A stretch of DNA of 64,000 bases. Origin: Chrysomallon squamiferum (Eukaryota > Animalia > Mollusca). Below, piece after piece: positions 27,601 to 64,000 of the stretch. The position numbers and the translations under genes were made by a program. The stretch covers positions 2,046,001-2,110,000 of the forward strand of contig CM022679.1 in the NCBI GenBank assembly GCA_012295275.1, read 5' to 3'. The notes under the pieces are model-generated. The model was given only the letters and a program-made list of their open reading frames with translations. It was not told the DNA's origin and did no database searches. How positions within the stretch are numbered: the stretch's first letter is position 1; each line of letters begins with the position of its first letter.

Positions 27601-29169
27601 AGGTTTATATGTAAAATATAGATGTGTCTGTATGTATGTGTGTGTATGTGTGTAGATGTAGAGGTAGGCAGATAGGCTGACAGAAATTTGTATCTGTATA
27701 AGAATGAAGTAGAATGGAGGTAGGTAATTACATTGGTAAGTGTGAGTAAGTTAGGGTGTCTGTCTGTCTGTATGTATGTATTCATGTAAAGATGCTGGTA
27801 TACAGATGACAAGGTAAATTCTAATTAATATAAAAATTAGAATATTTATCAGAATCCCCATAAGTAAATGTTAGAAATATAATAAAATAGACCCTCCCAC
27901 AAAAAAATAAAAGTCTAAATTTGATAAAAATCGAACATCAATTCTTTAAACAATAAACATGCATATATAATATCATAAATAATCAAAATAATTTTACATT
28001 AATTTTTTAATTATCTTTCTTTTTTCTTTTCTTTTTTAAGTTAAGAACAGTGATATGAAATATTTGTAAAATACTTTTAACTTTCAAATCAGAAATTTTC
28101 TAAATACAAAAACAAAATGTTTGTTTTTAAAACACTTCTGTTATTTTGCGGAATCTGACTTTGTTTTCTCGTGCAATCAGAAGTGCTTGCATCCCATTTG
28201 TAAACTTGCTCATGCTAAGATTCTACGTTGCTATGTAACAATAACAATTGAAAATAAATAAAAAATGAAAAATGAAAAAAGAAAAGGCTGAGATCCAGAC
28301 AAACATTTTCGCATATTAATGTCCAGAACAAAATATCACATGTAATTTGCAACACAGTATACTCTGGTGATATCAGCGTGTACCTGTGTTGGTGCAAACA
28401 TACAGTTCATACTTTTCCTGTACTTCCCAGATATTCTATTAAATAACAACCTTTGCAAATAACAAAGAATGATAACAACACATTCAGTAAAAACTCATGA
28501 TGTTCACATTTTCCTTCTCTTTTCTAAATTTATCATGTCAGCCTTAACACTTTTTCTCTACTTATAAAATCTCTGCTTTACATAGACATGAACATTTGCA
28601 AATAATAAAGTATGACAATATGGATACTGTTGTATCCTTTTTTTCATCTTTTTTTTTTTTATAAATCTTTGTCTTAAACATACATCAATTTTTTCTGATA
28701 ATAAAGGATGGCAGTCTGTGAAGATTCATAATGGGTGACATTTTTGTTTTTTAATTTATGTATTTTTTTCCTTAGATACCAAACTTTGTTCATAATAAAG
28801 TATGACAGCAACAGTGTGTAAAAATTCAAAATTGTCAATTTTCTTTTTTTGGGGGGATGATTTGTGATGTCAGGCCTTTATAAATATATATATATATATA
28901 TACATGTGCCAGTGTCTGCATGGTCTTGTTTCATTATATTCAACACTTTATTATTAACAAAGGTTGAGTAATAAGGAAATAAAAACTCATTGAACAATCA
29001 CATGGAAGCATAGTAAATGTATTGTGAATGTTAGCACCATCACAGGTACAATAAAAAAAGTTAACAATCTAAGCATATTACAGTAACATTATTATCATCT
29101 TTGTTAAAGTTAGTGCCCATTTTCTCAACCTTCTCTGCTTACTTTAGATTTATAGAGGGTTTTTTCACT

Positions 29170-29425
29170 CTTGTCGCAGCCTATTTCAGACTTCACAGCA
29201 TTTTATAGACTTCTCACAGCTTATTTTAAATCTTCACAGCTTTACTTGAAATGTTTCAGCCTATTTCAGACTTTTAACAGAATATTGTAGACTTCTGCAG
29301 CTTTTTTTCTAAATTTCAAATTTCACAGCCTCATTCTGACTTGTCACATTATATTACAGATTTCTGAAACTTATTTTAGCTGTTTTCAGCTTAATTTCAA
29401 ACATGTCACAGCTTACTTCAGATAT
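29170..29425. repeat. Degenerate ~20-bp tandem repeat
   Basis: A CAGCCTATTTCAGACTTCA-like unit recurs about 10-12 times. Confidence 0.6.
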
Positions 29426-29724
29426 TTACAGACGTGTTACAGCTGACAATGATGTAGTTATCCACAACTGTAAATCATTATTTGTAAAGAATGGACAACT
29501 CTGCTTTGATCCTTTCCACTCAAGTAAACTCTGACAAAGTTTAAACTTGAACCCCACAAAAGTCTCCAAATAGCACTGAATTAATTTCCTCCACAATTTG
29601 CAGAGCACTAGCACTTTGAGTTCTAGGTGTGGTGCTGAGTATTTGAGTAAGTAAAAAACAAAAAAAAACAACAACATGAGGCTGCAACATTAACTAAACA
29701 ATTTTTTAAATTTGTGTTCAACAA

Positions 29725-29774
<50 letters not shown>

Positions 29775-29943
29775 ATGTGCCTATGACAGTTTATATATAT
29801 TTACATTTAATCCAGGCCAAACTAAAGAATTCATTTCTGTTTTGTATTATAGCGTCTCATACTCTCTCCACTTTTCCACTACATTATCCAAAGATTTGTT
29901 TTGTGAATTGCCTTTGAGTTTGGATTAGAATCTGCGAGTGTGT

Positions 29944-55642
<25,699 letters not shown>

Positions 55643-55924
55643 CTGAAACAAAACAACAAAATATTCAGTCTATTTTATGTATTTACATTAATGTGTTAGC
55701 TGGATGGATAGATGGATGAATGGAAACAAATTACCTGTAATCACTGGATGGTAAATAGGCAAATTACATGATTGTCAAAAAAACGTAAATGATGTATCTA
55801 CAGATAAAAAATAAGTTTGATTAGTGGGCAGACTGATGCATGGATAGACTAAACAAGTAAAAAATTACAATCACTGAAATAAAAAATGTTTTCAAAATCT
55901 AGGAAAATACCAACAATTCAGTCT

Positions 55925-55986
55925 GTGTGTGTGTGTGTGAATGTGTAAATGTGTGTGTGTGTGTGTGTTTGTGTGTATGACTGATG

Positions 55987-56040
<54 letters not shown>

Positions 56041-56048
56041 TGTGTGTG
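55925..56048. repeat. (TG)n microsatellite
   Basis: Directly visible. Confidence 0.93.
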
Positions 56049-56685
56049 TCTGTGTCACTGTATGTGTACATATGTATTATGATTACATATACCATTTATA
56101 TTAAAAAAATTAAAAATAAAGTATCCTCAGAAAAGAAGATATGACAATTTTAATGATTAAGATGTTCTTTTAAATAATAACATAAGATGAACAGAAATGA
56201 TATAAAGTACACCATTTTTACTTTTATGACAATTTTACAACTGTTATGTACACAAGAACAAAATTTCTTTATAGCACAATTAAATGGTTCTCAAATAAAA
56301 ACTGAACAAAATACTGACTAGTAATATATCCATAGCAGATTCTGGAAAAATCAGCTGAAGAGCACTGAGAATCATGTGTATTTTCTTTTAGAAGGTAGAA
56401 CTAAGAACATCTATAAATACTTCACCAGCTGGTCCCACAATAATGTTAACAGCTTGCATTTTCACACTGCTTACTTTATCATTTTATGTGTGTGTGTGTG
56501 TGTCGTTGTGAATGTGAGGACAGTGTATATGATGTGTATGTAGGTAGATGTATCATAGTGTGTGTGTGTAATATCTGTTACATGTATGCAGTGTATTTTG
56601 TATGTGTATGTTTATGTGTATAATTTACAAGTAATAATTTATATGTGACATATATGCAGTGTGCATGTCTGTATGTGTGTGTGTT

Positions 56686-56716
<31 letters not shown>

Positions 56717-57133
56717 ATTGTCAGCAACGTACGCAGTATTGTGTATGTGTGTGTGTGTTTATGTCTTTGTATACAGTCTTTATCTGTTAACAAGCTGATG
56801 TCAAAAGAGAAAATGTTCATTAAGAATTGTGACTATATATTCTAGCCTTTGGTTAACCACTGCCCAGAATGGGAAATATTCTGACTTGTGCACAGAGAAT
56901 GTTAGATCCTGTGAATATTTAAACTAGCTGAATAATACACACCATCAATCTGTTATAACAATCAGACCATTCCAAATTACTTACAGTATAAACACACAAA
57001 GTAACAGCTTTCACTTGTATAAATTATGCAGATTTGTTAGACCTTAACACTGAGATCAACTTTCAATGTTGCACACTTGGTTTATTTTCATTGTGAAAAA
57101 TGTCTGAATGATTTTAGTATGGGGTTAAAAAAT

Positions 57134-57191
57134 TAATAATAATAATAATAATAATAAAGAAATGATGATGATAATAACTGTAATAATAGCT

Positions 57192-57231
<40 letters not shown>

Positions 57232-57262
57232 AAATAATAATGATGATGATGATGGTGATGAA

Positions 57263-57311
<49 letters not shown>

Positions 57312-57332
57312 GAACAATTACAACAACAACAA
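57134..57332. repeat. (TAA)n/(TGA)n microsatellite
   Basis: Directly visible. Confidence 0.93.
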
Positions 57333-58355
57333 ACAAAAAACCCCTCAAAATATACATTTTAATTATTCTTGGCTCTAAGTTAAAGAAATGGCCAATACTC
57401 AGAGTTTAATCTGCAAGTGTTATTATTATATATAAAGATTTTACATGTGGCTTCTGAGACTGTGTAATAAACACAATATCACACACACACACCTGAATGA
57501 CAAACACTGGATGCAGTGTACAGGACAATGCTGTGGCAGTTTCCAGTAAGTGAAATACTGAAAAGAACACAGGTGTATTTACGTAAAGACAAACCTGCTT
57601 ATTAATAATCAATAGAGTCTCATTGTGTAATGGTTATATGGCTGTTTGTAAAAATAACACAGCCTGATGTAGATAAATGAATGTTAGTGCATGTATGTGT
57701 AGAGTTGTGTGCATGCATGTGTGTGTGACTGTAAGTATATGTGTTGTGTGTATGTGTTTATGTGTTTGCGTGTGTATGTGCGTACATGTACAATGTCTGT
57801 CTGGGTACCTCTTGTTTCTCAAGCACACTAAGACAATCAAACTTTCAGTGTATGCCATGAAGGATGACACTGTTTAGATTGAAAAAAGGAATGAAGAATT
57901 TATTAAACAGCACAGCACATACAGCAACATGTGAAACAAGTTATTAAAGAATTTACTATACAAAATGTTAGCTTCAAGCCCCTAATAACCTGAATATTAA
58001 GTTATTGTTGTTAACACACACACATTAAAAATAACCCCAATCACTACCATGATCTAATGACAACTGAATAATTATTATTTTAAAAAATGATTAACTTAGT
58101 TAAGCTGTTAATCCCTTGAAATTTGCTTAATTACCCTAAAGATTTGAGTAGATTATGTGGCATGCAAGCCAAGACCCCCAATAACAATTCCTAGAATGCC
58201 AAAGTCTGCATACATCATAAAAAAATAAAATATTTCAGATGATTCTCTTTCTGTGACCATTTCCCTTCAGTCAATATTCAATATGTGCATTACTGGATTA
58301 ACGACACCATCAAAGGAAGATATGAATATTTTAATCCAGCTCTTAAAACACAAAG

Positions 58356-58391
<36 letters not shown>

Positions 58392-58814
58392 TTCTCCCTG
58401 TCAATACGTGCAAGCATGTGTTATTGATTGCTGCGTTGTTTGTTTATAAGCATCTTTAATTAATGGACAGGTAAAGTCTTTGTCATAGAAACATAAACAG
58501 AGTGAGGAAAATGTCAGCCGGGCCTACCAGCATGTTGCACTATCATGACGATAAAACAGACAGAGCAGAATTACACTTAAAACACACAACAATGGAATAT
58601 GAAAGAAAGGAATAATTATAGTTTTAGTATAAAGATGTAAACAGCGGGAACCCTAGTCAAGTGTCGATTTGCCTGCATCACATACTCCAAGATCAATGAA
58701 CTATTTTTATTACGGACGAAAATAAGCTTCGATGGAAAAATAGGGCTGCATACAGATCCCAAAGAAAATCAATTTGAACACATCATCTAGTAGACATATC
58801 AGTGTCTGAACCAA

Positions 58815-59540
58815 GCTGACATCTGATGAAAAGAATAACAGTATAAAAAATCTATACCAATCTGATACAAAAATAACAGTATAAAAAATCTACACCAATC
58901 TGAAATAAAAATAACAGTATAAAAAATCTACACCAATTTGAAATAAAAATAACAGTATAAAAAATCTATACCAATCTGAAATAAAATTAACAGTATAAAA
59001 AAATCTACACCAATCTGATATAAAATTAACAGTATAAAAAACCTACACTAGTCTCAGCAGTATAAAAATCTACATCAGCCTGACATCTGAAAATTAACAA
59101 TATAAAAAAATCTATACCAATCTCACATCTGATAAAAACTGTGACAGTGTAAAAAATCTACACCAATCTGATATCTGATAAAAACTGTAACAGTGTAAAA
59201 AAATCTATACCAATCCAATCTGATAAAAACTAAAAAAATAACAATCTCATATCTGATAAAAACTGTGACAGTGTAAAAATCTACACCAATCTCATATCTG
59301 ATAAAAACTGTGACAGTGTAAAAATCTACACCAATCTCACATCTGATAAAAACTGTGACAGTGTAAAAATCTACACCAATCTCATATCTGATAAAAACTG
59401 TGACAGTGTAAAAATCTACACCAATCTCAAACCTGATAAAAACAGTGAGTGTAAAAACTACACCAATCTGACATCTGATACAAAGAATAACAGAATAAGT
59501 CTACACTAGCCTGACATCTCATATAAAAAATCTGATGAAA
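58815..59540. repeat. Minisatellite with two related unit types (~38 and ~45 bp)
   Basis: AACAGTATAAAAAATCTACACCAATCTGAAATAAAAAT units on the left grade into CTGATAAAAACTGTGACAGTGTAAAAATCTACACCAATCTCATAT units on the right. Confidence 0.92.
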
Positions 59541-59730
59541 CAAGAAAAGAGTTTCACAATGGCTTTATTAAAAGATTTTGTTCTTGTATATGATATTCGA
59601 ATAATAAAATATTTTGCATAAGTAATAAAAAAAAAGTATTTATCATATTGAATAAAGAAAGCATTAAAGTTTTATGAAGCATCTAGATGCATTTTTATAT
59701 ATGTTTGTGTGTTATATATGAGAGGCTGAA

Positions 59731-59780
<50 letters not shown>

Positions 59781-61294
59781 CTATGAAATGGATTAAAACA
59801 TCATTTCTAAAAACACATATATAATATATACATACATACAAATGATATTACCTAAAAGATAATCAATAGGAAAACAAATATATTTGTATTTTGTTTTTAA
59901 TTATTTTTTTTTAAATTGATTAGTTCAGCCAGAGAAAATATAATCACAAGAAAAGAATTTGTCCAAACTTAGGATGAAATCGCTAAGAGTTTAACTGATT
60001 TTGAATTCTGCAGTATATTTTAATCTTCTACAGTATTAATCCGATTTACAAGACAATACTGAGAATTACAAAAATAAATATAATTTATTTTTCTTGCAGT
60101 GTTGTTATTTAATAATTTTCACTTCAATTATTACTTATAATATTTAATTTACTACTACTATGAAGTTTCCTAAAATTTAGAACATATTTTATGAAAATAA
60201 ACTAACAAAACAGTTCTACAATTTTAATTAAATATTCTATAACCTTCTCTACAGAGCCTTACCACATGGTTATTTTCCCAATCTACCCAGTTGGTTCACT
60301 TAGCAAAATAAAAAAAAAAAAAAAAAAAAAAAAAAAGATTAAAATAATAAAATAAATGAATAGAATTTTTTTAAAAAGAGTGATGTAACTGTAGAAAGTG
60401 AACTGTTATTATGATGTATTTGTTAGGTGATACACAATCCATCATTCAAACTACGAAATAAATATCCATTTTAATTGAATTTTTATGTCATTTATAAATG
60501 AATGTAAAAAAAAGAAGAAAAAAGATGGATAATAATAATAATAATAAATTATATATATATAGATATATATATATGTGTACATATGTATGTATGTATGTAT
60601 GTACATACATATATCAATTATCAAAAATTATAAATATTGTTAAATATAGAAAATTTCTTTAAAATAAAAATTACAATAACTTAAACCATTTTCGTTGAAA
60701 AGATAGATATTCACTTTTTTGGCTAATAAGTGAATTCCGTGTAAATATAAAATGCATTAATTGTCATTATAGGGTTCTTACATTTTTTTCTTTTTATTAT
60801 CTTACTTAACTTTTTAACATTTTTGACAAAAGAGACAGAGTCACGAGCAACACTTTCAAGAATGAGTTCAATCTGCCGACTACTAAAGCCAAGAGCAATT
60901 AGAGATTTGTTTCCTGTGTAACACATGCGTATTACGTCTTTCAGTTACACACTACACACACACACTACACACAGTCAGCTGAGGCTTGTTAAAACTGTAT
61001 AAAAGTATTTCATCTACTCAGACAGACATTAACTCTTTTTTTTGGTAAGCTGAGATAAGGTGACAACACATTAACTGAACCAGTGTGGACAGGTTAACAA
61101 CAGGAAACGTAAATAAAGCAACAAACAGTAAATAATTGATTCAAATAATTAAAACTAATCCCTACACGAAGTCCTAAAAAAGGAAAAACAGAAACAAAAC
61201 AGGCAATGGCCTGACATGGCTAACTACATCTGTTAATACTGACTTGAGTGTCAATGGACTCGCACAGCATGCTTGATTGCAAATTAGTGTTTGT

Positions 61295-61685
61295 GACGTG
61301 TGAAAATGGTGGGTACCAAATAAAGTATTTATTGCTGCTGAAATTGGTGGGTACCAATTGTGTATTTATGGCTGGTGACAGTGGTAGGTATGAAATGAGT
61401 ATTTATGACTGCTGGGTTTGGTTGATAGCAATAACAGCTAGTATTTATGACTAATGAAAATGGTGGATATGAAATAAGTATTAATGATTACTGAGACTGG
61501 TAGGTACCAAATGATTATTTATAACTTCTGTGAATGGAGGGTACCAAATGATTATTTCCTAATCACTCTAATGGGATATAAAATGAATATTTATGACTTA
61601 TGAGAATGGTGGGTACCATATAAATATTAATGACGTCTGGAAATGGTGGGTTCCAAATGTATATTTTATACTGCAATAGGTGGGA
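61295..61685. repeat. Degenerate ~36-bp tandem repeat
   Basis: A GAAAATGGTGGGTACCAAATGAGTATTTATGACT-like unit occurs about 10 times. Confidence 0.75.
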
Positions 61686-61734
61686 AAAAAAAAAGAGATA
61701 TATATTTACTGTGACTGGAAAATAACAAATAAGT

Positions 61735-61880
61735 GTGATGAGTATGTGTAATGAAGATTAGTGGATCACAGATGAGTATGTGTATTGGGGATTAATTGGT
61801 CATAGATAATTATGTGTATTGGGGATTAATTGGTCATAGATTTTGTATACTTTGGAGATTATTGGGTCATGGATGAGAGG
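61735..61880. repeat. Degenerate ~34-bp tandem repeat
   Basis: A TATGTGTATTGGGGATTAATTGGTCATAGA-like unit occurs four times. Confidence 0.7.
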
Positions 61881-64000
61881 TACTCATAAGAGAGTGTTTA
61901 TCTGCTGGATTAGTGTACTTGAGAAGTCAGTTGTGTTGTTGGAAATACTGGTAAGTCCTTCATGTTACATAACAAAGTCAAGTACCGAACAATCAAACGT
62001 CATCATTGGACAACAAGGAAGGAGTCAGGTCGTGTTAATTAGTCAGAAACTGTTTCTGACAGACCTTCAACTCCTATTCTGAAGAATTATTTACAAATTC
62101 CACATTTACTTTGTTAGTATTATCTCTTAACTGAAAATAACAAAAAGTTAAGTTTAATACTGACAGCTGTAACACTTGAATACAGTTAGTTTACTGCAGC
62201 AGAGTACAACAGAAGGATGCTTTTTTGAATGATGAATGACGATGAAAAACTGATTTAACAAAACAGAATGTTTTACATTATAGATTTTATAACTGCAGCA
62301 TGAAAAAGAAACCACCTGTGACACAGTAACAATACTTTTCAACAACAGCAAGGGATCTTTTACTTGCTGTTTACTCATGGTGTTTGTCTTTTATTTACCA
62401 GTCATGGATACTTGCAGTAATAAGAAGCAGCCAGTAACAAGGACTGATCCTGCACTCTCCAGCAGCAGTACATTGTTGACAGTGTTCTGTGATATTCCCA
62501 GAAAGCTTGCTCAGCTCTAATTAGTACCTCAGTGTTGGGTTTCATCAAACATGGATGCTGTCCTGTGATAAAAACAATGACTTGCTAATCAATAATCTGT
62601 GAGCAATACCTTTCTTAGCTTGAACCAAGAACTTTGGGAAACATTCACAAATTTTGTTACGTCTGGGAACAGCAGTAATAAAGAGAACACTGAACTCGCA
62701 TCATCTGGTATTGATCACTCTTTATATTCATAACTCGAATAATCAGCATTTGTCACTTTAACAAAACAAGAACTGTATCAATAGAAAACAGGCCTTGCAC
62801 AGTAACTGATTTACCATGTTCTAAATATACACATCTCACCACAGCCTGCAGAAGGAAATTACAATTTGTTTTTTTTTTCACACCAGTAACATATGATCTC
62901 ATGTTGTAACAGATGACTATGTAACATCTGGGAATTAAAAATGGTGTTGAGAGATATCCCAGGTTTAATGTCATAATCCTGACTTGTTATGTACTTAGTG
63001 ATGCAAATCAAACATCGATGAGAGAGATCAGTCACAGCATTATCATAAAAGAGAACATCAATAAAAATAAATAATTTTAAAACCTACAAAATAAAAAAGA
63101 TTGTTTGCTCATTGCCAGTGATACCCAACCATCCTTCTTTCATTCACCATATAAAATATAAAAATAAAAAAGAGATATGACAATTTTTTATTTTTTTTAC
63201 AGAAACAAAACTGTAGGATGTGGAAAAGAAAATCTCTTTAAATGAATAAATGAATATTTAACTATATTTTTTATACCAACAAATATTAGATGTCAACAGT
63301 CAGTGTATATATTTTCTCATTATAATCATCAGATATTAACATGAAAACAATACAGTATTATCCTGTTCACTTTTATGAAAAAATAAAAATAAACTGAATA
63401 TTAAAAAAAAAGAAAAACAAAAGCTTTTTATATCTGCACTTTAACTAATAATGATAAATGGCAAGGAAAAAAGCTTATCTAGAAAACTATTTTATAACAA
63501 CTTTTTCTAGAGATAACATTAACACAATCAACATACATTTTTTATTTATTTATTTCATCAAACTGTAATCTTAAATCTAAGAGTTTCCTGTATATAGGTA
63601 CATTTAGTTTTTATGTTCATATTTATACTGTTTTACTTAGAACTGGCTACACAAAACTGACACACGTGTATACAAATACATACACATATAAATATATATA
63701 TATACATACATATATATGCCTAGCTTCATTTAGCATATCCATTTTTAAATGTAATTTCTTACAGAGCATTTAATTACAACTTCTTATATTTTCAAATCAA
63801 CTGTTTTACATAGTTAACTATACATTTATATATTTACACAGCATATATTATTCATATGTAATTAGATAGCAAGACTATCTCTGACAATATTTTTAATTTT
63901 ATTATATACACAAGCATATAGTAAAACACACACACTATAAATATACATATAAACTAAATCTGTTAATCCACAAACGTGAAAACACACACACACATAAGAG

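Noticed and set aside
19100-29700. Hidden gene in the 11-kb gap between EEF2KMT and the RGS gene
   Set aside because: Only short AT-rich ORFs without recognisable motifs or a consistent exon chain are present. The gap is most simply long 3'UTRs and intergenic DNA.
62402-62570. Minus-strand short ORF MKPNTEVLIRAEQAFWEYHR..., resembling DHEX ERAFWKIHR or serving as RGS exon 1
   Set aside because: The similarity is limited to a few residues, the donor (GTACTA) is weak and there is no R7 N-terminal signature. It is likely chance.

Overview
This is AT-rich, intron-containing animal genomic DNA, probably invertebrate. Gene content and microsatellite load would fit a mollusc or other lophotrochozoan, but the taxon cannot be fixed from the sequence. 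Four spliced genes were reconstructed by hand with phase-consistent GT-AG introns. UBE2S is on + (5 coding exons, 206 aa). RNPS1 is on - (6 coding exons, 254 aa, ATG probably split by intron 1). EEF2KMT/FAM86A is on + (8 exons, 414 aa), head-to-head with RNPS1 across a gap of under 200 bp. An R7-family RGS protein is on - (DEP-DHEX-GGL-RGS plus a long C-tail, 15 exons, 544 aa seen, N-terminal exon not found). Most of the ORF track is microsatellite noise. No rRNA, tRNA, CRISPR array or intact transposon is visible. The main leads are in the RGS gene: two intronic minisatellites that multiply a YAG|GTAAT splice-site motif, a candidate 6-nt microexon, two in-phase candidate internal first exons that would give RGS-only isoforms, and a PDE-gamma/RGS9-2-like C-terminal motif. 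EEF2KMT also carries a motif-rich ~90-aa loop insertion. All isoform ideas are predictions that need RNA data.
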